Below, one piece after another: positions 39,266 through 52,798 of a stretch of 64,000 nucleotides of DNA. Both the position numbers and the translations under genes were made by a program. The stretch's first letter is position 1. The number at the start of each line of letters is the position of its first letter. Under the pieces are notes generated by a model. That model made no database searches. It was not told the origin of the DNA and saw only the letters and a list, made by a program, of their open reading frames with translations. Source of the DNA: Octopus vulgaris. Its lineage: Eukaryota. The DNA lies in the NCBI GenBank assembly GCA_951406725.2, contig OX597824.1, forward strand, positions 99,448,001-99,512,000, in the 5' to 3' direction.

Positions 39266-41181
39266 CATGTCTGGAACACCTTTGATCAGAGTAGACCTAG
39301 GGTTAAATGACAAGACTATGAGTGCTAGGGATTAATATGAGTGACTAAATACTTGAAGGTAGCAACTCAAAGACTGAAGGACTACAATCCAATACGTTCT
39401 TTTCCTTTTTTAAATAGTACAGAATTATCTGAGAGAGATTTGACTATTATTTCTAGCAAAGTGAGTAGGAATGGTAGCTAAACCTTCCTCCACAATCATT
39501 GGATTTCTCGATCACGGCTGACTTGTTGATAAACAACATCTAGTTCTAGTGAGTAATATAAACATTTATTTACAGATCTCTGCCCCGCCTTCACTGCATG
39601 GAAAAACAGATATAGTGGAGACAAGCTGGGAGTGTCTGGATGGATAAAGGATAGAACACTGATTGGAAATCTGTAAAGCACATAAATAATTAATCACAGA
39701 TCCCTTTCTATGAGAATCTTATATTCAACCCATATTATTTGATAAAAGTTATCCAGGCTCAGGTAGGCTCCGTCTCATTTCAGAAAAGACATCCTTTATC
39801 TATCTACACTCCAACACGTAATCATTATTTCATCTGTTAAAAATCGCAGCCAAATCTCTCTCAAATCACATACCATTGTCTTCTAAAGAAGAAAGCCATT
39901 AGATATTGCAACTTGAAGTGAACTGCGGCTATAAAATAGGAGAGTCATGTCTGGAGCATCTGTGATCAGAGTTGACCCGGGGCTAAACGACAGCAATAAA
40001 GCAGAAGTTTCTCCTTTTGTTCTAATTAAGAACACTCTCCGCTAATTACACTAATGGTCACATAGTTTAGTTTCTAATATATTGTTATCGCAGACTACAC
40101 TAATGATAAACTAACGGAGCATTTTAATTAACTTTATCAATACATTGACATCAATCATTCACTCAGGTAAACATGTGGAATGGACTGACATTATTTATCT
40201 ACTCTCAGAGTGACACATTTTTCTTTCAAAGACACACATTCCACGACAATCAAAACAATTGAAATAATTATGCAATAAATCCAAGACGAACCGAAGAACG
40301 GTTTATTGTAGAAGAAGAAGAAGGTGTGGAGGAGGACATGAATTGAAAGAATGCTACAACAACAATCGCCATCCGAGATTTCTTCACGGGCAACAGACAA
40401 GTGGTTGGCATCGAGGGTCTTCTTGTGTGTGAGAAGAAAATGCTTTTCTAGACTGAAATATTATTCTCAAAAATCATTAAAGGAGGTAAAACAAGGAAGT
40501 TAAATGAAGTAGAAGAATGATGTCCTGTTGTTGAGGGAGGGTTGATAATTGTGATAAAGGTCACACCTACACAAAAACAAACGAATTCTTCAATCTTTAT
40601 AGAACCAAAACAGAACTGAAAACTCTTCTCAGTCCATTAGATTTTGTCATTGGCTAATTAATATCATTTACCATTATTATCATCATCATTAATGTTATTT
40701 TAATTGTTGTTGTTGGGTTCAGAGAGGGAGACTGCGTAAAACATTTGGCCAATAATTAGATCACAGGGTAAATTATACAAATAAAATATTTTTTAACAAT
40801 AAATAATGTGTCATCAGAGAAAGAATATTCCATGCGAAACCTAAAAATAATTAAAATATACTTTTTTAATTAATAATCAAGAAAAAAAAAGGGATTGTGA
40901 CAACGACGACGACGACGGGAGATTGTGTGGAAGATGGAATATTCAGAGTTTAATAAAAATAATGTTGGTTTAAGGGAGTCAAACGTCAGGGTTTATGAGG
41001 GAGATTAGGGTTAATTAAAAAAGTGAATCTATTTTAATTAAAATATTCCTGTAATTTGTAATTAACAAACAATTACGTGTGGGGGTGGGGTCAGTCACTG
41101 AAGAGAGAGAAAAATATTTATGGACGAAACAGGTTTGAAATATAAGGGAGGGATTTAATATAAGGAGCGAAAAGAACTCAC

Positions 41182-41235
41182 CGAAAACTGTGTCGAAGGA
41201 TTGAAGTGAAGTGAGGATCAGGTGCTGCGAGTCGA
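41182..41235 (-). other. ATP6V1C1: probable non-coding first exon (5' UTR) of V-ATPase C; upstream boundary approximate
   Basis: Coding exon 1 has a splice acceptor, so an upstream exon is required. A strong donor CG|GTGAGT at 41181 lies in a CpG-retaining, TE-free island just downstream of promoter motifs. Confidence 0.65.
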
Positions 41236-41238
41236 TTG

Positions 41239-41271
41239 ATCACATGACGAGCGGAGAGAGGTCACTTCCGG
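41239..41271 (-). promoter_or_regulatory. proximal promoter: M-box/CLEAR-like GTCATGTGAT (41248-41239) and ETS site CCGGAAGTG (41271-41263)
   Basis: Motifs read directly. MITF/TFEB control of V-ATPase genes through such E-boxes is established in mammals and Drosophila. Confidence 0.65.
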
Positions 41272-42619
41272 CCAACTGACATTTGTTTATATTTCGTTCA
41301 TGTCGAGAATTCTGCCAACCTCCATCGACGACGCCTCAAATATTTGACATTACTGTCACTTTATTGGGAAATAAAATATATGGCCATATATTTTGGTATT
41401 GGGGTATTATAGATTCTATCAATCCAGTGCAAAACAATTTCTTTTATCGATCTCTGCACATCAATGAGTGGCAAAGTGAATCCCAGCTGGTTTGGGGGTG
41501 GTTTCTTTAAATTCGTTGACGGAGACGGAGGACGTAGGTGAATGCCACGAAGGGATTTTTGTGTAACGTTCAATGATGTCGATTTAAAAAATAATTATTC
41601 ACAACATCATCTGATGTCAAGCATTTCAGATGGAGAGGAACAAGGAAGAAACCAAGCTCAATGTCGGCGTTAATTGAACTCCCGACGCTCAACCGATTTC
41701 TGTCATTCACCGATTTTTGAAAATAATAAAAGTTTTTGAATTACTTGGAAATCAAAGGGAAATAATATTTTTATAGTCTTGTAATTTCCGATATCGTAAA
41801 TTATAAAATATTTCCCAATCTAATTTTTTCCTGTAGTTTTAATATCAATGACAAATCTATCACGGTCAGCATGTTTTCAGATCGTATTTTATATTCTCTT
41901 TATAATTCATATGACTTCTAATGTCGTATTTGTAAGTTAGCACAGGAGATTGTCGATTTCTGTGTCAACACATCATAATTATTTCAAATCATAGCGGTTC
42001 CCGCAATACACTGTTAACTTGTTCTTATTATTCACTACGAAAACCTAGTTTTCAAAGAAATTTCCCATCATGATATGCATCCTTCTTGTAGCACAAAAGC
42101 TAAGATGTGAGTTGGAAGTCAGCACTGTTGCATGAAGGAACAGTCGTTCAGTCTTTAGTTCTACCCAATATAAAACCTGTGGTACCTATTTATCTCTATA
42201 CGAGTACCACAGGTTGCACAAAGGCTACTGTAGCCTGAGAGGACTGTCGTTTTGTTGAGGTCATGTCAGCCTCTTTTAAATTGCTGTCGCGAGAAAATGT
42301 ACCTAGAACACTCTGTAAAATGGATGGTATTAGGCAGGGCATCGAGCCATAGAAACCAAACCCCATATGAAATGTATGAACAACCGAACCTGTGTACTAG
42401 GGCTGTAACTCCGAATAACAAGTGACTCAGATTGTGGCAACACCGAGGGAAAAATATACATAAGATGGTGATGACGACAACGACGGTGGTGGTGGGGTTG
42501 ATGATAATGATGATGATAATGATGATGATGATGAACTGATTATTTTTTGCGTACTTCTTTAATAGCCTAGTGGTTAGGGTTTTCATCTCATGATTGTAAT
42601 GTTGTGAGTTTGATTCCTG

Positions 42620-42875
42620 GCATGGGTTGGATGATTTGACAGGACTGGCAAGCCAGATGGCTGCACCAGGCTCCAATCTGATCTGGCAGAGTATCTACAG
42701 CTGGATGCCCTTCCTAATGCCAACCCTTCTGAGAGTGTAGTGGGTACTTTTATGTGCCACCGGCACAGGGGCCAGTCTGACGGTACTGGCTACGGCCATG
42801 CTCAAATGGTGTTTTTACATGCCTTCTGCACAGGAGCCAGTCTAGCGGCACAGCCAACGACCTCACTCGAATGCT
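42620..42875 (-). mobile_element. (GAT)n-family SINE
   Basis: Similarity to the 8815 and 20740 copies. Confidence 0.8.
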
Positions 42876-43105
42876 GTTTGTAATATAATTTAGAAATAAA
42901 GCTGTTGGAGTCTTTCACAAAGAAACCTCCCTTTCGTTGTTGTTCTTTTAGTTGTAGTCAGTCTCAGTGAAGCCAACTTATGATGACAGACGTGAAATGG
43001 GGAAAGCTTGACAGGAATCAATTTAATGCAGGGACATTGACATAAACATAATGCTTTTATTACTTCTCTTTTGCTCTGATGAACAGATCTTCTCAAGTAT
43101 AGCAA

Positions 43106-43845
<740 letters not shown>

Positions 43846-45013
43846 CTGTCTACCTGCCTGCCTCTCTGTGTGTGTGTTTGTCTTTATATATACATCCAGT
43901 TAAGCCCATCTTTGCAACCAACTTTTGGTCCTGCTCTCATCTACTTCTTCATCACTTTCTCTCTTTCATTCATCTCATCCCTCACTCACTCCAACTCCTT
44001 TATATCTTAACTTTCCACCCCTAGAAAACTTGCAAACCATGAATGACAGCCCTGTATACTGCTCCATCACTCTATCTTGTCATTCTCCATTAAGCTTAAG
44101 TATGACAGACTGAAATTCTTCATCTTCATCACTCGTGTCCACCGTCCATCTCACTCATTCCACTCTTACCTCTCCCACTCATTCACCCGCTGCCAGCCAT
44201 CACTTCCTCTCTCTTTCTTTTTTGTCTCCACACTTTTCTGCCTCCCACCTCAACATTCTCTCAACTCTCCCTCTCTCCTCTATCCATACCCAATCCTTTC
44301 TTTTCTCATCTATTTTCTCTCTGCCCCATCACTCTCCCCATTCCTCCCTTATAATTCCCCCCCCCCCCATCACTCTCACTTCTTTTCTCACTAAACACTG
44401 ATGTTAATTCCTTCCCTTCCCTTCTCCCCTCCATGCAACTCCTCCCCCAACACTGTCAATTCTCTTACTCTCCCCATTTCTTACATCTCTTCCTCTCATA
44501 CTTCTCTTATCATTTTGCCTAGAATCATCTTCCTCGCTCTCTCTTCCCTCTGTAAGGTGGTTGAGGTACACTCAGCCACAGAAACCATATCAGAACAGAT
44601 ACTGGCATATAGCTTAGTCTTCTGACTTGTTGGATCCGGTTGAACTGTTCAACCCAGGCCATCATGGAAAACAGATATTACCCACATGAACGTTGGCTTC
44701 ATATATTCTGTGGATAAATAGTTTTCTCCCATGCGTTATGAAAACAAATAGAATTCTCCAGGTTTTCTTCCTATTCCTCTCCTGCTGATTCGCAATTTCT
44801 GTCAGTCAAAATAATGAATTTGTTGTGTTGTAAAAGAGAATCGGTTTAATCAACTTTCCCCTTCCCTTTAAATTGCTAGCCTTGAACTTAAGCATCGGGC
44901 AATGTGCCTTGCAGCATAGTTATGACTCATTACGTTCTGAGATCAGTTCTGCTGAGGTTAGCTTTGCCATTCATCCCTATGGGGTAGATGAAATTAAGCA
45001 CTTATAATGTACT

Positions 45014-45537
45014 TTTTTTTCTGCCTTTAACCCTCCAACACAGAATATAGGCCACTTATAGTTGAATTCCATGTTGCATAATTTTTCGCTTCTGTACTTA
45101 TACTCTGCCACGAATATCCCTCTTTCTCTAGTTCCTTCTGTGTTGGCCTACACCATGAGTTCTTAGGCCTACCTTTCTTTCTATATCCATCTGGTTTCCA
45201 CTGCAAAACACTTTTCGTTACATTTGGTGTTTCTTTTCTAATTGTGCTACCAACCCACTTCCACTTTTTCTTAAATATTTGCTCCCTAATTGAAACTTGA
45301 TTTGTTCTTTGCCATAGCTCCATATTGCTTATGTGTTGGGGCCATCTAATTTTAAGTATACTACACAAGCATCTGTTGATGAATGATTGTATTTGCTTAT
45401 TTGACTTAACTGTTGTTCATCATGTCTCAGCCCCATACAATAACACTGCTTTTACGTTAGTGTTAAAAATACTTGCACTCCATACTTTTTTAACAGGTGA
45501 AAAGTGGTCCTTGCCTTACTTATTCTCAAAGCCCTAG
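45014..45537 (-). mobile_element. 5'-truncated RTE LINE nested in a Nin-like SINE, 9-bp TSD TAATGTACT
   Basis: ILKIRWPQHISNMELWQRT...WKWVG...LQWKPDGYRKKGRPKNSW; TSD at 45005-45013 and 45538-45546. Confidence 0.85.
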
Positions 45538-46196
45538 TAATGTACTGGATCACTTTAATCCATTTGTCCCTCCCCACAAATTGTTGGCCTTGTGCCTAAA
45601 TGAGAAACCATTATTAAAAATTTTCTTGGATGTCCCTCTTGATTTTTTTAAAAAACCAGAATTAGTTATTTAGTTTATATATCCTATTTATTTTATAACA
45701 TATAGTATTACTTGTAATGTTCTTTTTATGTCATTTATATACATAATGTTTTTAACGTAAAATAAAATTACTATTAGACGAACTGATTTTACTGGATATA
45801 GATTAGGAAAATCTTATCGGTTGGGGTGGGGGTGGAATCTTAAGAATTAATAAGCTGGTGGGTGGTGGTGGTTGAAAAATCTGAAGAAGTGATAAGCGAC
45901 AGGGAGACGGTTATTTCAGGACCCCAGAGCAGAACATTGGAATGAAAAAACACGGGAGATAATATACGTTAGAATACAAGTTATCTCCCTTTGACTGTAA
46001 ATAGAATTTCTTAATTTCTGGTTTCGTGAGAATTAGTTTCTAGCCGTACCTCCACAAGAGTTTCATACTCCTGTTTCGTAGTTTATTCCATAATCACTAT
46101 TCTGTTTACCGTTTTCACAGACACTAAAACAAGGCCCTTTATGCCTTCCTCATTTCACTTCCACTAACGCAAAAAGAAATCGTTGGTAATAAACGA

Positions 46197-46197
<1 letters not shown>

Positions 46198-46228
<31 letters not shown>

Positions 46229-46590
46229 AATTATTGTATACAGTGCTCAGGTGCACCACAACTTGTCAGAAAGTGCATATAAAGTACATGCAGTAATGTA
46301 GAAATGTCTGGAAATTGAACATGCTTGTGTGTGTATGGAGGGGAGAAAATCAAATGTAGTGTTGGCGAATCTCAGGAAGCATGGAAGTTTTGAAGGATGC
46401 AGTGCTCCGACAACTAACAACCGAGGCCGGCAGTGTGTTCCACGCTTCAGCAACTCTCAGCGTGAAAAAATGTTTCCTGAAGTCATGGGAGCTGTGCTGT
46501 TTTCTTACTTTGTAAATATGTCCACGGGTGTTAGATGGGTGGAGTTTGAAGAGGTGCTCAGTGTTATTGTTCGTAAGATGGTTGATAATT
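46198..46590 (-). mobile_element. CR1 3' fragment nearly identical to 976-1350
   Basis: Direct sequence match; (TTA)n tail. Confidence 0.9.
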
Positions 46591-46860
46591 GTCCCTGCCC
46601 TATTTAACATTGTCCCGAGGGAGATCAAAGAGGAAAAGGATCCCATCAACTTTAAACGGAGTCTGGAAAGATTCCTTCAAAGAATACCAGATAAGCCACC
46701 CATAATTGGATACAACTCACCCAACAAGAACTCACTACTTAAACAAAACTTGACTTAAACAGGATTCGAATAATCCTATCAGGTGGTGCTATTAAGTTAG
46801 ACATGGCCTGGACCAATCTTTGGTCGAAACATATCAAAGTTTATCTAAGTTTATCTAAGT
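46591..46860 (+). mobile_element. 3' end of a second CR1/L2-group LINE family
   Basis: PALFNIVPREIK...FKRSLERFLQRIPDKP..GY...NSLL; tandem tail (AAGTTTATCT)2. Confidence 0.75.
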
Positions 46861-47379
46861 GTAGCCTTGCATCTTGGTGGACATGAAAATTATTGATTTA
46901 TTTGATCAATTATTACAATTATTTCGATAATTTATGCTTTCAAACGAGATAATTAAAGACCACATGAACAAACACGCGTGTACATGCATCTACAAACATA
47001 CACCCGCACTTACACACATGCATACACACATACAATCAACCCCCCCACACACACACACACAACTAGACCCTTGGCCCAGAAATCTTCTTCTGACTGATCA
47101 GTTCTCTGTTTCAGTTCAGCCATCAAACTTCCAACCCTAATCGTGCTCTATCAAGATGAACTCCATCCATCTTGACTAATTCATAACAACATTTCCAGAT
47201 ATTGATTTTTACACAAATTAAATGTCAATAACTTGTTCTTTAAATCTTTTGTCTCTTCAGGAGAATCCATTCATTGGCAGAATTGATATAAAATAACATT
47301 TATTTATTCAATAATGCTGAAGATTCAAATCTGTTTTATGAGGTTTGATTTGTAGAGACTGGGGAACCTTACATTTCAA

Positions 47380-47685
47380 GAACATACACACACACATACT
47401 TACAAACATACACACAAACACATACGTACATACATACATACATATACATACATACATACAAACACATACATACATACAAACACATACATACATACATACA
47501 TACATACAAACACATACATACATACATACATACATACATACATACATACATACATACATACATACATGCATGCATGCATACATAAATACATACATACATA
47601 CATGCATACATACATACATACATACATACATACATACATACATACATACATACATACATACATGTGTATGTATATATATATATTT
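47380..47685. repeat. (CATA)n microsatellite
   Basis: Direct reading. Confidence 0.9.
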
Positions 47686-47708
47686 ATACACTCATACATC
47701 CACACATA

Positions 47709-48690
47709 TATTTTCCGTCGAGAAGATTTTGATGACTGCAGAATAAATGATAATCAGATGGGACAATGTGCAGTGAATATTGTGGGTGAGGTATCATTTC
47801 CCATTCAAACTGCTCCAGACTTTCGAATGTCATCCTCGCTCTATGTGGCCAAGCATTATCCTGATGGAAGAACACCTTTCGTCTTGAAACCAAAGATGGT
47901 CATTTTTCTTCTAGAGCTGACTTAAGCCACTCAAGCTGCTCACAGTAGATCTCCTTTGTTATCAGTTGGTTTGGCTTTAAAAGTTCAGTCAACTAAACCT
48001 TTCATATCCCACCAAACAGTTAACAACTCCTTATGTGGATGAAGACCTTCTTTAGCCTGGGGTGCCAGTGTTTCTCCTTTCCCTACCCACTGTCTTTGCT
48101 GCTTGACATTTTTATAGAGAACCCATTTCTCGTCACCAGTCACTATTGGGTCCAAAAAAGGTTCATTCATGAGATGTGGCAGCAAAGATGAGCACACATT
48201 CACTCTCTGTACACAATTAGACTCAGAAAGTTTATGAGGAACCCATTGACCCAATTTGCTGACTTTTCTCATGGCATGCAGGTGTCAATGAATGGTTGAG
48301 TGACCAAATCCAAGCTTCTTTGCTAGTTCTTCAACAGTTATGACTGGATTTTGTTCCACCAGGGTATGCAGATCTTTCAGGATGAGGCTTGTCTTCTAGG
48401 CTTCTGGCCCCAAATTTCTGGAATCACTGTTGACACTGGCTTACACTTGTCTAATCCCTTTATACTACATTAATACTCCTCACACTTTCCGTTGTGTTGT
48501 TGCCTTTAATGAACTCATAAAGCAAAATATGTCGAATATGCTCCTTTGTCACTTCCATTATAGCTTTGAAAAAAGTGATAAAATTACTACCTGATTTCAT
48601 AGCTTTTTGATGTAGGCAGTCTATCCCATCCCCCTCCGAATTTTAGTTCATGCAATTGAAAAAAACTGCATTATTTATGGGATGACCCAA
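47709..48690 (-). mobile_element. defective mariner transposon, 3' end lost
   Basis: WVPHKL, IVTGDEKW, FHQDNAWPH, HPQYSLHIVPSDYHLF; TIR TTGGGTCATCCCATAAATAATGC next to TA at 48691. Confidence 0.9.
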
Positions 48691-49199
48691 TATAGACATA
48701 TATACACATACATATACATACATATATATATAGAGAGAGAGACATATATATATATATATGTGCATGCACACACATGCACACACATGCACACACACGCGCA
48801 CACACACACACACACACACATATCAGAAAATGGAGAAATTGATATGCAGATATTAGTTCAGTCAAAGATATTCAAATGCATCTTATATGGATTTGAGTAT
48901 CTTTGAATAAACTGATATCGAAATGTCAGTTTCTTCTTTTTCTTCCTTTTCTCATTCATAAAACCAGAGAAGTAAGATGCAAGCATCCCTCAAAGGATTA
49001 TAGGTCCTTGACATAATTATATATCTCAGGTTGAGTAAAAAGTAAGCAATGTTTTGAACCATGAAGAATTTGTACCAGGTTTTTGCAGAATTTTGAATTT
49101 TTAAAAACATTTTTTTGCAATTATCTGATAATACAGACATAGACTTGCCCAAATGCATCAATAAATTAACATTGATATTTTTTACACCGTTGTTACAAT

Positions 49200-49590
49200 C
49201 ATCTGAAAGGGAAATGTCAAAGTGCGATATTCAAGCAATTTTGATATTCAACTTCAAAAAAGGACGTAAAGCAGCTGAAACTGTTCATGAAATCAACAAA
49301 ACGTTTGATGAGGAAATGCCCAGTGAGTGGTCAGCTTGAAAATGGTTAAACAATTTTGCAGTGGTGATCTGAGCCTTGAAGATTGTGAACATAGTGGACG
49401 CCCATCTGTCATTGATGACAGTCAATCAAAGACCATGATTGAGAAAGATCCACATAAAACCACACAGGAACTGACAAAAGATCTTAAATTAGCCAGAAAA
49501 CTGCCTGCAACCATTTGCATGCGATTGGAAAATCAAAGTAGCTCAACAAATGGGTTCCACACAAATTGAAGGAAAATCAGAAAATGTGAA
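49200..49590 (+). mobile_element. mariner transposase N-terminal fragment (second family)
   Basis: FNFKKGRKAAET..EIN..F, GDLSLED.EHSGRPS, WVPHKL-like end. Confidence 0.8.
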
Positions 49591-50593
49591 ACTTCCTTTC
49601 CTGTCAAGTCTAATCCTCTGAATCACTTCACCTGTATTCATCCCCCACTGTACCTTGAGAATATCTCCAGCCACATTTCCACCACCCTCTGTCTCCCTCT
49701 CTCTCTATCTTTCTCTCTCTCCCTATCTTTCTCTGCTTTCTTTTCCATCTACAATATCCCTGTATCTCCCCTACAGCAAGGCCCCTCTCTCTCTCCTTCT
49801 ATTATACTTTTCAACCTTTCATCCACTGGCACCCCCCCCCCCCCCACCAACACTACTCCCTCACCTCCCAGTCAAAGGTTCTTTGCCTTGCAAGTTACTC
49901 GGTGACCCTTCTGGTGCCGGTTCCATGCAAAAAGTATCCAGTACACTCTGTAGAAATGATTGATGTTAGAAAAGGTGTCCAGCTATAGAAACCATTCCAA
50001 ATCAGACAAGAGAGCTCGACACAGCCCTCTGGCTTGCCATCCAATTCATGCCAGGCATGAAAAGCAGATGACAAAGGATTATGATTTTATATACCACCAC
50101 CACCACCACCACCATCACCACCATCATTGTTTAACGTCCGCTTTCCAAGGTGGCATGGATTGGATGGTTTGAATGTAACTGGTAATCTGCAGGGCTACAC
50201 CAGGTTCCAGTCTGATTTGGCAGGGTTTCTATGACTCGATGCCCTTCTCCATGGTTGCTGGTTATGTGACACTGACATCAACCACAACTACGATTTCACT
50301 TGGCTTGAAGGGTCTTCTACTCAAGCATGGCATATTGCCAAAGGTCGGGGTCCCTTATTGCCTCCATGATGCCCAATGTTTGAAGGCTGCTTCTTATGTG
50401 CCACCAGCACAGGTGCCAGTTATGTAACACCAGCATTGGCCACTATATACATACATATATATATATATATATATGAATGAGTAGGCTGACAAAAGAAAGA
50501 AGCTGAAGATAGTGCCAGTAGCACCTCTTCCCAAAGCCAAGCTACATTTCCTCTAGTCTAATTCTGTTCCTAGTTAGTTGAGCTATAATATAA

Positions 50594-50676
50594 TGGTGGT
50601 GGTGGTGGTGGTGGTTATGGTGGTGGTGGTGGTGGTGGTGGTGGTGGTGGTGGTGGTGGTGGTGGTTATGGTGGTG
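50594..50676. repeat. (GGT)n microsatellite
   Basis: Direct reading. Confidence 0.9.
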
Positions 50677-51403
50677 ATATCTACTGGAAGAAATTAAGAA
50701 ATTATTTCAGTGACAGAGGGTTTGCTAATCCTGGTAAAAGGTAGACTGTATGAGATGTGGAAGCCATGTGATGCTACATGACAGTAAAACATGGAGCATT
50801 GATGTAAAAAATCTTATCGGAGCCTGGAGAATTGCCATCAGATCTCTTCATGGTGAATTTTCATAATGAAGAGAAACAAAAGGGAGTCGCAACATTCTGT
50901 ACAACACTTGAGTGTGTGCTGAGTGTGTGCTGAGTGTGTGCTGGAAAATTATCTTTTCTAAAATTTTAAAAATATCATTAAATATTTAATCATCGTTTAA
51001 TCACTATCAAGAAATGGCTGCCACTTCCAATTACTTCTTAATTATTGAGGATTGTCTGCGTTCTGGGATAAACAACAGTGTGTATCCACTTATATTAAAC
51101 TTATGTTTGCAAACATGGAACAATAGTAGTTATAAAGTATCTATCTGTCTGTCTGTCTGCTTCTCTCTCTCTCTCCCTCCCTCTCTCTCTCTCTCTATCT
51201 ATCTATCTGTCTCTGTCTGTCTTCTATCTGTCTATCTCTCTGTCTATCTGTCTGTCTGTCAATCAGTTAGTCTGTCTGTCTCTATCTGTCTGAGTGTCCA
51301 TCTATTCATCTATCTGCCTGTCTGTCTGTCTCTCTGTCTATCTGCTGATCTGTCTGTTTGTCTATCTACCTGCTTGTCTGTCTATCTTTCTGTCTGTCCA
51401 TCT

Positions 51404-52798
51404 TGATGGCAGAAATGATTTTGTCTGGTATCCCATAGAGCTTAAGGATTTCAAACATCTTGTACCTGCCTACAGAGTCGAACACTTTAGAAAAGTCTAC
51501 AAATACCATTGCAAGATCGCGATTAAATGCTTTTGATTCTTCAATAAGTCTGCGTAGGCATAGTATCTGGCTCAGCGTTGAGTGCCCATGTCTGAATCCA
51601 TTTTGGTTTTTTTGGAGCAAAGGTTCAACAAAAAGGACAAGACGATTTAGAATCAGTTTATTGTACAGTTTTGCAGCAATTGACATTAGAGATATACCCC
51701 TGTAGTTGGTGACGAGGGATAAATCGCCTTTTTTGGGTATTGGGATGATTTGAGACTGGTGCCAAATCTTTTGAGCAACAAAGGTGGAAAGTGTGTGGTT
51801 GCAAAGGTTGAGCAGAAGTGTGTGAAATCTATCATCCTTCCAAATTATAGCTGGGATGTTGTCAGGACCAAATGCCGGAATACTGCAAGGAGACACACTC
51901 ACCCCATTTCTTTTCATCATTGTTGTTGACTATGTGCTACGTATGTCAGTTGATACCATCTCTGGCAAGGGCTTTGAAATAAAACCAAGAAGAAGTTCCA
52001 GACACCCAGCTGAATACTTGACAGACATTGACTTTGCTGACGACATCGCTCTTATCAGTGATTTTCTCTCCAATGCCCAGTCTCTTTTACAATCTCTCGA
52101 ACAAGCCTCAAATTGTGTAGGTCTTTACCTCAATGAGGCCAAGACTGAATATATAAACAAGTGCCTGTCCAACAGTGATTGCATCATCCACACTCTCAAC
52201 AATGCGCCCTTAAATATGGTTTCTGATTACAAATATCTTGGGTCATACATAACATCATCTGGAAAAGACTTTCTAACTAGAAAGGGTATGGTCTGGTCAG
52301 CCTGTAATGACATGCATAAGATCTGGTCATCAAATCTAAGTAGAGACTTCAAACTTGAAATCTTCAAAGCCACAGTTGAACCAATTCTACTATATGGCTC
52401 AGAAACCTGGACGTTATCAAAGAAGCTTGAGACGCGGTTGGATGGAACCTACACTCGCCTCCTTATGAGAGCTCAAAATCTCTCATGGAAGCGTCATCCA
52501 ACCAAAATGCAAATATATGGGAAACTACCACCTGTGTCATCTCTTGTGAAAGGTAGGAGAGTCCAGTTTGCCGGACATTGTTGTAGAGCTGAAAAAGAGG
52601 CAATTTCTACTCTTCTCCTCTGGAAGCCATCTACTCGCAATCCCAGAGGGAGCACACTCTCCTACCCTGATGTAATCTCCAGGGAAACAGGCATCAAGCA
52701 ACAGGACCTCCGTAATGCCATGATGGACCATGAAGTCTGGCGTAGCATGGTAAATTCCATTGTCTCGACCACGGTCGAACAATGATGAATGATGGTGA
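51404..52798 (+). mobile_element. RTE-clade LINE with 5' inversion (51404-51875 inverted; 51873-52798 sense), 13-bp TSD TGTCTGTCCATCT
   Basis: Minus ORF: GPDNIP..IIPIPKKGD..NYRGISL..QNGFR..FVDFSKVFD. Plus ORF: GILQGD..FADDIAL..YKYLGS..LLYGSETW. TSD at 51391-51403 and 52799-52811. Confidence 0.92.

Noticed and set aside
41464-41537. Plus-strand ATG ORF MSGKVNPSWFGGGFFKFVDGDGGR with a possible donor
   Set aside because: No recognisable homology and no downstream exon giving a substantial protein.
51014-51136. Open frame MAATSNYFLIIEDCLRSG...
   Set aside because: Weak splice signals, runs into a microsatellite, no recognisable family.
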